A stretch of DNA of 64,000 bases from NCBI GenBank assembly GCA_963703025.1, contig OY969778.1, forward strand, positions 897,160-961,159, read 5' to 3'. Below the pieces are notes generated by a model. That model was not told the DNA's origin. It was given only the letters and a program-made list of their open reading frames with translations, and ran no database searches. How positions within the stretch are numbered: the first letter of the stretch is position 1; each line of letters begins with the position of its first letter. This document shows positions 1-10,212 of the stretch, in pieces. Origin of the DNA: an uncultured Pseudomonadota bacterium. Its GTDB lineage: Bacteria > Pseudomonadota > Gammaproteobacteria > Steroidobacterales > Steroidobacteraceae. The translations under genes were made by a program, and so were the position numbers.

Positions 1-656
1 CCAGCGCGCCAAAGCCGGCGACCGCGATCACCGTCATGGCGATCACGTAGCGCAGGCGCGCGCCGGCGAGGAACAGCAGCCCGAAGCCGGTGGCGAACAG
101 CACCGTGGCGGCCCCGAAGTCCGGCTCGAGCAGCAGCAGCGCGCCGACGAACAACAGCAGCCCGAGCGGCTTGACCAGCCCCATGAACGTCTCGCGCAGC
201 TCCTCCTCGCGGCGCACCGCGTAGCTGGCGACGTAGATGAGCACCAGCACGCGGGCGAGCTCGGAGACCTGGAAGTTCGCGCCCGCCAGGCGCAGCCAGC
301 GGCGGCTGCCGTTGACCGAGTGCCCCAGCCCCGGCACCAGCACCACGAGCAGCAGACCGATGCCGATGGCCAGCAGCGGCAGCGAGGCGCGCTCGAGCAG
401 CTCCGTCGGCACGCGAGAACACCAAGCGCGGCGCAGCCGGCGCCGATCAGCGTCAGCAGCAGCTGCCGCTCGAGATAGAAGAACGGCTGGCCGCTCTCCT
501 GCCCGGCGATCGACATGGAGGCCGAGGTCACCATCACGAGGCCCGAGCAGCACGATCCCCAGCACCAGCGCGATGGTCACCGGATCCAGGTGCACGCGCG
601 CCGTTCTTGGCGCTGGAGCGGGCGAAGCCCATGAGCGAGGCGCTGCTGGCGCTCAT
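1..656 (-). pseudogene. ftsW: Cell-division SEDS protein FtsW, 5' part only (gene runs off the window start); frame interrupted in this sequence
   Basis: Minus-strand ATG at 656 overlaps the murD stop (ATGA). Fragments read [11 protein letters not shown]... and ...[34 protein letters not shown], the conserved FtsW N-terminal membrane segment. Position after murD fits dcw order. The readable sequence changes frame near 540 and again near 440. Confidence 0.8.
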
Positions 657-2008
657 GCCGCGAGCTCCCGCACGCTCTGCGGCGAAGACCGCGCCGCGGT
701 GGGCGTAGTCGCGGAACATGTCGAGGCTCGCGCACGCCGGGGAGAGCAGCACCGTGTCCCCGGGTTGCGCGGCCTGCGCGGCCGCGCGCACCGCTTCCGG
801 CAGCGGTCGCGCGATGCTCGATGCGTGCACACCCCGGCGAGCGCCTGCGCGAGCTGCGCGCGCGTCGCGCCCGATGAGCACGCGTGGCGCACCTTGCCGC
901 GGAAGGCCGCGGCCAGCGGGCGCGAAGTCCTGGCTCTTGCCATCCCCGCCGGCGATCATCACCAGCGGGCCTGCCATGCCGGCGACCGCCGCGAGCGTCG
1001 CGCCGACGTTGGTGCCCTTGGAGTCGTCGATGTAGGTGACGCCGTGCGACGTCGGCGACCCACTGCGAGCGGTGCGGCAGACCGGTGAAGCTCTGCAAGC
1101 TCCGCCAGCATCGACCGGCAGCGGCAGCGCCGAGCGCCTCCCCGAGCGCCAGCGCCGCCAGCGCGTTGGCCGCGTTGTGCAAGCCCTTGATCTTCAGCGC
1201 CGCGAGCGCCAGCAGCGGCTCGCCGCGGCGCGTCAGCCACCACTGGCCGGCCTCGCTGGGCCACCGCGTAGTCGGCGCCGATGCTCGGCGCGCAGCGAGA
1301 AGCTCAGCGTGCGCGAGCGCCGGGCGCGGCATCGCCACGACCAGCGGATCATCGAGGTTGATCACCGCGGTGTCGCAGCGCGCGAAGATGCGCGCCTTGG
1401 CCGCCGCGTAGGCTGCCAGGTCCGCGTAGCGGTCAAGGTGGTCGGCGCTGACGTTCAGCACCGTCGCCGCGCGGCAGGTGCAGCGTCGCGGTGGTCTCGA
1501 GCTGGTAGCTGGAGAGCTCGAGCACGTACAGCTCGCGTGCCGGCGGCCAGCAGGTCCAGCGCCGGCTCGCCCAGGTTGCCGCCGACGCGCACCTTGAGCC
1601 CGCGCGCGCGGCCATGTGCCCAGCAGCGTCGTCACGGTGCTCTTGCCGTTGGTGCCGGTGATGCCGACCACCGGGCGCATCCGCGGCGCGCGCGAACAGC
1701 TCGACGTCGCCGACGATCTCAAGCCCGAGGCGGCGCGCCTCGGCGAAGAACGGCTCGCTGCAGCGAGACCCCCGGGGAGGCGACCACGCAATCCGCGCCG
1801 GCCGAGCAGGCGGTGTCCAGGCCGCCCAGGCGCACCGGGATGCGCGGCATCGAGCGCGGCGCAGCGCGCGCAGCTGCGGCGGCGTCGCTGCGGGTGTCGG
1901 TCACCGCCAGGCGCCAGCCGCGCGCGTGCAGGTAGCGCGCGCAGGAGAGCCCGGTGCGGCCGAGGCCGACGATGACAGCGTAGGGTGGCTTGGCGGTGGC
2001 GTATTCAT
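653..2008 (-). pseudogene. murD: UDP-N-acetylmuramoylalanine--D-glutamate ligase MurD; several frame breaks
   Basis: ATG 2008 overlaps the mraY stop (ATGA). After a 1-nt shift the N-terminus reads [26 protein letters not shown]. Other fragments carry VVGITGTNGKSTVTTLLG (Mur-ligase P-loop) and [28 protein letters not shown] (MurD C-terminus). Stop TGA 653-655 overlaps the ftsW ATG. The sequence is spread over ORF-track fragments 1719-1904, 577-1791, 534-977 and 653-943. Confidence 0.85.
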
Positions 2009-3097
2009 CGCAGCTTCAGCGTCGCAAGGCCGGCCAGCACCAGCAGCAGCGAGATGATCCAGAAGCGCACGATGACCTTCGGCTCCGCCCAGCCCTTGAG
2101 CTCGAAGTGGTGATGGATGGGCGCCATGCGGAAGATGCGCTTGCCGGTGAGCTTGAAGGAGGCCACCTGCAGGATGACCGAGGCGGTCTCGAGCACGAAC
2201 ACGCCGCCCATCACCAGCGCCACCAGCTCCTGGCGCACGATCACCGCGATCACGCCGATGGCCGCGCCGATCGCCAGCGCGCCGACGTCGCCCATGAACA
2301 CCTGCGCCGGGATAGGAGTTGAACCACAGGAAGCCCAGGCCCGCGCCGGCCAGCGCGGCGCAGAAGATCAGCAGCTCGCCCGCGCCGCGGATCTCCGGGA
2401 TCTGCAGGTAGTGCGCGAACACCGCGTTGCCGCTGGCGTAGGCGAAGATGCCCAGCGCGGCGGTCACCAGCGCCGCCGGCATGATGGCCAGACCATCGAG
2501 CCCGTCGGTGAGGTTCACCGCATTGCTCATGCCGACGATCATCAGGTAGGCGCAGCGTGATGAAGCCGAACGCGGACAGCGGCTCGGCGAAGGTCTTGAA
2601 GAACGGCAGGAACAGGGTCGTCTCGGCGGGCTCGGTGGCGGTGTAGTAGAGGGTCGCCGGCGGTGGCAAGGCCCGCGACCGACTGCCAGAAGTACTTCCA
2701 GCGCGCCACCAGGCCGCGCGGAGTTGCGCACGACCAGCTTCAGGTAATCGTCGTAGAAGCCGATGAGGCCGAACGCGAAGGTCACGCCCGAGCACCGTCC
2801 AGACCAGGCGGTTGGCAGGCTCCGCCCACAGCAGGGTGCTGACGAGCGTGGTCGACCAGAATGAGCGCGCCACCCATGGTGGGCGTGCCGGCCTTGGGCA
2901 GGTGCGTCTGCGGGCCGTCGTTGCGCACCACCTGGCCGATCTGGTAGCGCGACAGGCGCTCGATCATGGTCGGCCCGACCAGCAGTGAGAGCGCCAAGCG
3001 CCGAGACCATCGCCAGGATGGCGCGCAAGGTGAGGTAGGAAAACACGTGCAGGCCGCTGATGCGGCCGGCGAACTGTTGTGTGAGCCAGTAGAGCAC
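2005..3097 (-). pseudogene. mraY: Phospho-N-acetylmuramoyl-pentapeptide transferase MraY; several frame breaks
   Basis: GTG start at 3097 gives [28 protein letters not shown]. The internal fragment reads [25 protein letters not shown]...GFLWFNSYP. The C-terminal fragment (2005-2301) reads [13 protein letters not shown]...[26 protein letters not shown]. Length 1093 nt is not a multiple of 3. Confidence 0.88.
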
Positions 3098-4491
3098 TCA
3101 GTGGGCACTCGCGGCCGCGGTGTCGCCGGTCAGGGCATCGACCACGCGCTCCAGGCGGTTGAAGCGCGAGCCTTTGATGAGCAGGCGCACGTCCGGCCCG
3201 GCAGCGCCCAGTGCCTGCAGCAGGGCCGCGGTCAGCGCCGGCGACATCGGCAAACCACTGCGCGCCCGCGCCGAAGCTCTCCACCGCCCCTGCCATCAGG
3301 GAACCGGTGGCGTAGAGCCGCTCGACGCCCTGCGCGCGCGCGAACTCCCCGACCGCGGCGTGGGCATCGATGGCGTGCTCGCCCAGCTCGCCCATGTCAC
3401 CGAGCACCAGCCAGCGCCGCCCGCTCAAGCTGGCCAGCACCTCGATCGCCGCGCGTCACCGAGCTCGGGTTCGCGTTGTAGGAATCATCGATGAGCCAGC
3501 GCCCCGCCGCGGGTCTGCTTGAACTGCAGGCGCCCGGGCACCGCGCGCACCGCCGCCAGGCCTGCGGCGATGTGCTCAAGCGTCGCGCCGGCGCTGCCGG
3601 CGGCGGCCGCGGCGGCAAGCGCGTTGGCGACGTTGTGCGCGCCCCCCAGCTGCAGCTCGATGCGGTGCTGCCCGGCCGGGGCATCCAGGCGGAAGTGGGT
3701 GCGGAAGCCGTCGGCGCCCACGGCGCACGCGCAGCTCGCTCGCGCGGAAGTCGGCCGCGCGCGCGCACGCCGAAGGTGACCACGCGCGCCGCGGTGGAGC
3801 TTCGCGCCACAGGTGTGCGAACTCATCGTCGGCGTTGATGACCGCGGTCGCATCGGCGCGCAGGCCGGCGACCATCTCCCCTTCCGCGCGCGCCACGCCC
3901 TCGAGCGAACCGAAGCCCTCGAGGTGCTCGGCGCCGGCGTTGGTGATCATGCCGATGGTCGGGCGCTGGCGGTGTGCCACCAGCGCGGCCACCTCGCCGG
4001 CGTGGTTGGCGCCCATCTCGATGACCGCGAAGCGGTGCGCCGCGGTCAGGCGCAGCAGCGTCAGCGGCACGCCGATGTGGTTGTTGAGGTTGCCGCGCGT
4101 GGCCAGGCACTCCCCTGCCTGCGCCAGGATCGCGGCGGTCATCTCCTTGGCGGTGGTCTTGCCGTTGCTGCCGGCGACCCCGACCAGCGGACCTGTGAAC
4201 TGCTGCGCGCCAGGCGCGCGCGGCGCGCTCGAGCGCCGCCTGCGTGTCCGGCACGACGATCTGCGGCAGCGGCACCGGCTGCGCGCTGCGTCACCAGCGC
4301 GCCGGCGGCGCCGGCCTGGGCGGCCGCGGCCACGAAGTCGGCGCCGTCGAAGTTAGGTCCGCGCGAGCGCCACGAACAGCTGCCCCGCGCCGAGCGCTGC
4401 GCGAGTCGCTCACCACGTCCGTGAACGCGCCGTCGGCCCCGCTCAGGCGCCCACCGCAGGCGCGCGCGAATTCTGCCAGCGTGCGCTTCAT
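3098..4491 (-). pseudogene. murF: UDP-N-acetylmuramoyl-tripeptide--D-alanyl-D-alanine ligase MurF; several frame breaks
   Basis: ATG 4491 gives MKRTLAEFARACGGRLSGADGAFTDVVSDSRS. Fragments: ATRGNLNNHIGVPLTLLRL, FAVIEMGANHAGEVAALV, LIDDSYNANPSSV and RWLVLGDMGELGEHAIDAHAAVGEFARAQGVERLYATG. The inferred stop TGA 3098-3100 abuts the mraY GTG. Confidence 0.85.
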
Positions 4492-6006
4492 GACTGCATG
4501 CCTGGCGAGCTGCGCGCTCACCACCGCCTGGTCCTGGAACTGCGCGACGCTCGCTGCCGACGATCTGGTAGTCCTCGTGGCCCTTGCCGGCGACCAGCAC
4601 GACGTCGTCGGCCCCGGAGCGCTCCAGTGCCATGCGGATCGCCAGCGCCCGGTCGTGCTCGATGACGTGCGGGGTGCCGTGCCGCATGCCCGCGACGATC
4701 TCGGCGACGATGCGCGCGGGGTCCTCGCTGCGCGGGTTGTCGTCGGTGACGATGATGTCGTCGGCAAGCTCCGCGGCGATGCGGCCCATCAGCGGGCGCT
4801 TGCCCGCATCACGGTCGCCGCCGCAGCCGAACACCACGCGCAGCTCGCCGCGGCAGTGCAGGCGCGCGGCGCGCAGCGCGTTGGCCAGTGCATCCGGGGT
4901 ATGCGCGTAGTCAACGATCGCCAGCGGCGTGCGCCCGCGCCCGCCGAACATCTCCATGCGGCCGCTGGCCGCGCGGCACTTGCCCAGCGCACGCACCGCA
5001 TCCTTCAGCGGCACGTCCCAGGCGAGCAGCACCGCGAGCACGGTCAACGCGTTGTCGACGTTGAATTCCCCGACCAGACGCACCGGCCAGCTCCGCGTGC
5101 GCCCCAGCTGGAGTGCACCTCGATCAGCAGGCCGCTCGGGTCGGGGGTTACGCGCGCCGCGCGCACGAAGCGCGCGCCGCTGGGCACCGCCGCTGCCAGG
5201 GCGCGCGTGGTGATGATGAGCGGCGCCATCGGAATCGGCGGCCGCCAGCTGCGCGCCGAAGGCGTCATCGACGTTGATCACGCGGTGCGCCAGCCCCGGC
5301 CAGGCGAACAGGCGCGCCTTGGCGGCACCGTAGGCCTGCCATGGTGCCGTGATAGTCCAGGTGGTCACGCGTGAGGTTGGTGAACACCGCGGTGTTGAAG
5401 CGCACGCCGTTGACGCGCGCCTGGTCGAGCGCATGCGAGGAGACCTCCATGCACACGCACTCGGCGCCCAGGTCGCGCAGCTGTGCCAGGTGGCGCTGCA
5501 CGGTGACGGCATCGGAGGTGGTGTGCAGTGTCGGGGTCACCTGCGGCGGGCGGCCGTAGCCGAGCGTGCCCATGTAGGCCGCCGGCCGCCGGCAGTGCTC
5601 GAGCGCCTGCGCCAGCAGCCAGGCACAGGTGGTCTTGCCGTTGGTCCCGGTGATGCCGGCGACTGTCAGCGCCTGCGAGGGCGCGCCGAAGAAGCGGTCC
5701 GCGATCAGCCCGATGCGCTCACCCAGCTCCGGCACCGGGGCGGCGAAGATGCCAGGCGGCAGCTGCGGCGCAGCGCCTGCGCCCTTGGCGCTCGTAGAGG
5801 ACCGCGCGCGCACCGCGCGCGACCGCCTCCGCGGCGAACTTAAGTCCATGGTGCGTGCGCCCGCTGCAGGCGAGGAACAGCGCTCCGGGGGTCGCGGCGC
5901 GGCTGTCCAGGGTGACATCGCTCACCAGCAGGTCCGCAGGCACGGGCACCAGCGCGCCGATGAGCTGCGCCAGCGGGCGCGCGGCCGTGGCGGTCGCGCC
6001 GCTCAT
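4488..6006 (-). pseudogene. murE: UDP-N-acetylmuramoyl-L-alanyl-D-glutamate--2,6-diaminopimelate ligase MurE; frame breaks
   Basis: ATG 6006 (ATGA overlap with the ftsI stop) gives MSGATATAARPLAQLIGALVPVPADLLVSDVTLDSRAATPGALFLACSG. Fragments: LTVAGITGTNGKTTCAWLLAQALE, VVFGCGGDRDAGKRPLMGRIAAELADDIIVTDDNPRSEDP and VLVAGKGHEDYQIVGSERR. The 3' end is inferred from a TGA overlapping the murF ATG. Confidence 0.85.
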
Positions 6007-7757
6007 GGCAGGGCCGCCGTGTGCATCGTGCCCATGGCCGGAGTTGCGGGCAGCTCTTCCGGGCCGTTGACCGGCGCATCGGGGGCGACGGCCAGCAGGC
6101 GCAGGGCACCCCCGACCACCCGGGAAAACACCGGCGCGGCCACCTGGCCACCCATGTGCTGGCCGGCGCTGGGCTCATCGATCACCACCACCGCCGCCAG
6201 CCGCGGCGCGGTGGTGGGCGCGACGCCGCCGAAGACGGCCATGTAGCTGATCGGTCGAGTAGCCGCCGGCTCGGCCTTGAAGGCGGTGCCGGTCTTGCCC
6301 GAGACGCGGTAGCCGGGGATGGCGGCGAGCTTGCCGGTGCCCTCCGCGGCGACCACCGACTCGAGCATCCCGACCAGCTCACGTCCCACCCGTTCATCGA
6401 GCACGCGCTCGCCCTGGGGCGGGCCATCCGCGCGCAGGAACGACACCGGCCGCGAGATGCCAAAGCCGCCGATCGTCGCGTAGGCGTGCGCCAGCTGCAG
6501 CGGGGTGACCGACAGGCCGTAGCCGTGCGACATCAGTGCGATGCCGATCGGGCGCCACTGCGAGTAGTTCGGCAGCAGGCCTGCCGATTCTCCCGGGTAG
6601 CCGCTGGTGGTCACCTGGCCGAAGCCGATGTGCGTCAGCGTCTTCCAGATCTCCTGCGGCGGCAGCGACAGGGCGATGTGTGCCATGCCGACGTTGGAGC
6701 TCTTGGCCAGCACGGTGGCGATATCGACGGCGCCGAAGTTGTGCTCGTCGTCGAAGATCTTCGGCGCCGACTTTGATGAAGCCCGGGGAGGTGTCGATGA
6801 TGCTGCGCACGTCGTACTTGCCCGAGGCAAGCCCGGCGGCCACGAAGAACGGCTTGATGGAGGAGCCGGGCTCGAAGATGTCGGTCGCGGCGCGGTTGCG
6901 GTAGGTGGCGGCCTGGATCTGGTCGCGGTCGTTCGGGTTGTAGGCGGGCTGGTTGACCATGGCGAGCACCTCGCCGGTCGTCGACATCGATGACCACGAC
7001 GGAGCCGGCCTTGGCGCGCTCGTCGCGGATCGCCGCCTTCAGCTCGCGGTAGGCGAGGTACTGGATGCGCAGGTCGATCGAGAGCACCAGGTCGCGGCCC
7101 GGGCGCGCGGGGCGGATGCTCTCGACGTTCTGCACGATGCGCCCGTAGCGGTCCTGGATCACCCGCTTGGAGCCATCCTCGCCGGCGAGCCAGTGATCGA
7201 AGGCAAGCTCCAGGCCCTCCTGGCCGGCATCGTCGACGTTGGTGAAGCCGAGCAGGTGCCCGGTCACTTCCCCTGCCGGGTAGTAGCGCCGGTACTCGCG
7301 CGAGCTGTAGACGCCCGGGATGCCGAGCGCCTTGATCTGCTCGGCCTCGGCCGGCTGGCGATGGCGGGCGAGGTAGAGGAACTCGCGATCGAGGTTGCTC
7401 GTGATGCGTGCGCGCCAGCTCCTGGCGATCGAGTCTTGAGGGCCGCCGCCAGACGCGGGATCTGGTCGGTCGCCAGGGCGCGAGCTCGCTGGGATTCACC
7501 CAGATCGAGTCCACCGGGGTGCTGACCGCGAGCGGCTCGCCGTAGCGGTCGGTGATGGTGCCGCGGTGGGCGGCGATGTCGAGCACGCGCGAGAAGCGCG
7601 CCTCGCCCTCCTTCGCCAGGAAGCCGTGGTCGACCAGCTGCAGGTTCACCGCCCGGTAGACCAGGCCCAGCGCGCAACAGGCCAGCAGTCCCAGCAGCAG
7701 GTAGGCCCGCCAGCGGAAGCTACCTGGTGCGTCCTGGCGTGGGCTGCGGGACCTCAT
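6003..7757 (-). pseudogene. ftsI: Peptidoglycan D,D-transpeptidase FtsI (PBP3); internal compensating frame breaks
   Basis: The N-terminal TM anchor plus HRGTITDRYGEPLAVSTPVDSIWVNP sit in ORF 6003-7757. The middle of that ORF is low-complexity garbage. The true sequence sits in other frames (6635-7267, 6394-6987), including the SxxK motif FEPGSSIKPF. The C-terminal part carries KSSNVG (SxN) and SGKTGTA (KTG). Confidence 0.88.
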
Positions 7758-8032
7758 GGCGCGATGATCTCGATCTCCTTCGGAGGCGGCATCGCCATGT
7801 GCAGCTTGGCGTTGGCGACGCGCTCAACGAAGGCGTGGGTCGACCAGGCGCTCTGCTCCAGCTGCAACTGGCCCCACTCGATTTCCAGGTTGTCGCGACG
7901 TCCGTTGAGAGCCTCGAGCTCGATGAACAGCGTGCGCGCGCGGTGCTTGCAGTAGATCGCCCCGGCAGCAGAGCCCAGGGCCGCCAGCCAGAGCACCGGC
8001 ACGGCGATGAAGAGCACGCGGCGGCTGATCAT
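7754..8032 (-). CDS. ftsL: Cell-division protein FtsL (92 aa, single TM plus coiled coil)
   Basis: [30 protein letters not shown] is followed by a heptad-like region. It lies between rsmH and ftsI with 4-nt ATGA overlaps at both ends. The frame is intact. Confidence 0.8.
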   Translation of the reverse strand: MISRRVLFIAVPVLWLAALGSAAGAIYCKHRARTLFIELEALNGRRDNLEIEWGQLQLEQSAWSTHAFVERVANAKLHMAMPPPKEIEIIAP

Positions 8033-8959
8033 GGCAGCCGGGCGGCGATGCGCAGCAGGGCGCTGCGGGCGCGGGGATTGCGCTCGACCTCGGCCTGCGC
8101 TCGGGCGCACCTTGCGACCGACCAGCGTCATGCGCGGCCGCGCCTGCGCGGGCACGATCGGCAGGTGGCGCAGCGCCGGATCGACCTGCGACTCGCGCTG
8201 CATGAAGCGCTTCACGGCCCGGTCCTCGAGGGAATGGAAGCTGATGGCGGCGATGCGCCCGCCGGGGCTGAGCACCTTGAGCGCGCCGGCAAGGCCCTGC
8301 CCGATCTGGCCGAGCTCATCGTTGATGTACATGCGCAGCGCCTGGAACGTGCGCGTGGCCGGGTGCTTGCCCGGCTCGCGCGTGCGTACCGCGCCGGCGA
8401 CGATCGTCGGCGAGCTGTGCCGTGCGTGGCGATGGGCGCCTGTGCACGCGCCTGCACGATGGCCTGCGCCACGCGGCGCGCAAAACGCTCTTCACCGAAG
8501 GTGGCGATCACCTGGCGAATCTCGTCGATGCCCGCCCGAGCGAGCCAGGCCGAGACCGGAGCGCCGCGCGTCGGGTCCATGCGCATATCGAGCGGACCGT
8601 CGGCACGGAAGCTGAAGCCGCGCTGCGGATCGTCGAGCTGCGGTGAGGAGACCCCGAGATCGAAGAGCACGCCCCGGACAAGGACGATCGTGCGCGTGTG
8701 TCTGCACGAGTGCGCCGAGCTCGGCAAACGGCGCATGGACGAGCGTAAGCCGCACTTCGTCGGCAAAGCGGCGGCGGCCGGCCTCGATGGCCTGCGGGTC
8801 CCGGTCGAGCGCGAGCAGGCGGCCTTCTCGACCCAGGGCCTGGAGTATGAGTGCCGTATGGCCGCCACGCCCGAACGTCGCATCGACATAGTAACCGCCC
8901 GCTTCCAGGGCCAGCCCTTCGAGCGTCTCAGCGGCAAGCACCGGTATGTGCTCATCCAC
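8029..8959 (-). pseudogene. rsmH: 16S rRNA (cytosine1402-N4)-methyltransferase RsmH (MraW); frame breaks
   Basis: The start at 8959 gives [42 protein letters not shown]...[10 protein letters not shown]. Other frames hold [34 protein letters not shown] and [23 protein letters not shown]. The inferred C-terminus ...RIAARLP-TGA overlaps the ftsL ATG. Confidence 0.85.
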
Positions 8960-9033
8960 GGTCGAAGCGGTGACCCGCCTCCCTGAGTGCTCTTACCAAG
9001 GACTTCCGCCCAGCCAACCCCGCCCCGAGACCC

Positions 9034-9486
9034 CTAGATCGACAGTTGTTCGAGCTCGGACGGCAGATCGGTTCCGGTTTCTTCGTTGTTCAGCCACAGG
9101 TCGCGCCGCTCGTTCCAGCGCCCCTCGTCCCACAACTCAAAGCGATTACCCTGGCCGATCAGCATTCCGTGCCGCCCGAGCCGCGCGAATTCGCGCAGTT
9201 CAGGAGGCAGCAGGACCCTGCCATGCCCGTCCAGAGGCAGATCAGTCGCGTGGCCAACCATCAGTCGCTGCAGCCTGCGCGCTGTCGCGTTCAGGCTGGG
9301 TAGCGCCATCAGCTTGCGTTCGATCTGCTCCCATTCGGGCAGGGGATAAATGAGCAGGCACTGGTCCTTATCGACGGTGACGACCAATTTTCCCTGGGCG
9401 AGCTCGTTGATCTGCTCCCGATACCGGGTAGGCATGACCATCCGTCCCTTGTCGTCCAGGGTGATTTTTGTTGCACCGCGAAACAT
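9034..9486 (-). CDS. mraZ: Transcriptional regulator MraZ (150 aa, intact)
   Basis: MFRGATKITLDDKGRMVMPTRYRE... and a second repeat half, ...DGHGRVLLPPELREFARL, are typical of the duplicated MraZ/SpoVT-AbrB fold. It is the first gene of the dcw cluster. The in-frame upstream extension in the ORF track (to 9522) overlaps the operator repeats and is unlikely to be translated. Confidence 0.9.
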   Translation of the reverse strand: MFRGATKITLDDKGRMVMPTRYREQINELAQGKLVVTVDKDQCLLIYPLPEWEQIERKLMALPSLNATARRLQRLMVGHATDLPLDGHGRVLLPPELREFARLGRHGMLIGQGNRFELWDEGRWNERRDLWLNNEETGTDLPSELEQLSI

Positions 9487-9507
9487 GACCTGTGAGCGAG
9501 GTACTCG

Positions 9508-9532
9508 CCCATTTCCCCCCACTCTCTCCCAC
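9508..9532 (-). promoter_or_regulatory. Candidate MraZ operator: three direct TGGG repeats at exact 10-bp spacing
   Basis: The minus strand reads GTGGGAGAGA GTGGGGGGAA ATGGGCGAG. TGGG cores sit at 9531-9528, 9521-9518 and 9511-9508. The site lies immediately downstream of the -10 hexamer and about 20 nt upstream of the mraZ ATG. This matches the repeat type and placement described for E. coli MraZ autoregulation. Confidence 0.6.
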
Positions 9533-9540
9533 CGGCTGCC

Positions 9541-9570
9541 ACTATAGAAATCGGGGGCGATCTATGTCAA
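9541..9570 (-). promoter_or_regulatory. Sigma-70 type promoter of the dcw cluster (Pmra)
   Basis: The minus strand reads TTGACA (9570-9565), an 18-nt spacer, then TATAGT (9546-9541). It sits in an AT-richer stretch about 55 nt upstream of the mraZ ATG. Confidence 0.65.
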
Positions 9571-10145
9571 TTGAAATAGTGAGAAATTCGTCGCAGTCAC
9601 AACGACTTATGTGAAAAAACACAGTGTCGCCAGAATGTGGCGGGACAATGATTCTTAGCAATCAGCAGGTTGCCCGACTAACCTTATCCAGTGGTTCACG
9701 TTCCGCACCCCTGTATTGCCAATTCTGTTCCATTTCGGCTTACATTTAACATAATGTCTGTCGTTATCAGTCAAGCTGGTGGCCTGCAGATCTAACCTGG
9801 AACCACACCTGGGCCGCACATGCGCTACAGCGCCCTCCCAGGCCGCGCCCCCGCAACCTCCGTTCAGTCGCGGTTGCGCGCCGCGCGGTCCGCGCGCGAC
9901 TGCACCTTGCGGCACGCCCGCAAGTGACCGCGGCAGCGCGGCAGCGCGGGCCGGAGTGTGGTGTTGGCTTACGGTTCAGTTGCGGCGCGAATTGCTCGAC
10001 GCACCGCGGCGGGTTGCCGTGACTGAACAGCGCGGCTTTCGCACATGCATTGCACGAAGTGCGCAGACGACAACGCAGCCGCGGCAGGGGTCGTCAAGAA
10101 CTCATCCCGTGTTGGCTTTCAGTGCAGCGTCGCGCCGCTGATCGG

Positions 10146-10181
10146 CTCAAACCAACACTGAGCAAACGCTGGCGTGTTGGC
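10146..10181 (-). terminator. Weak hairpin downstream of lpoA (possible terminator)
   Basis: On the minus strand, CCAACAC pairs with GTGTTGG (7-bp stem, 15-nt loop) and is followed by TTTGAG. It begins about 30 nt after the lpoA stop. The stem is short and the T-tract poor. Confidence 0.3.
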
Positions 10182-10212
10182 CAGGCGCAGACACGCTCAA
10201 CGCGCGAGCGCG

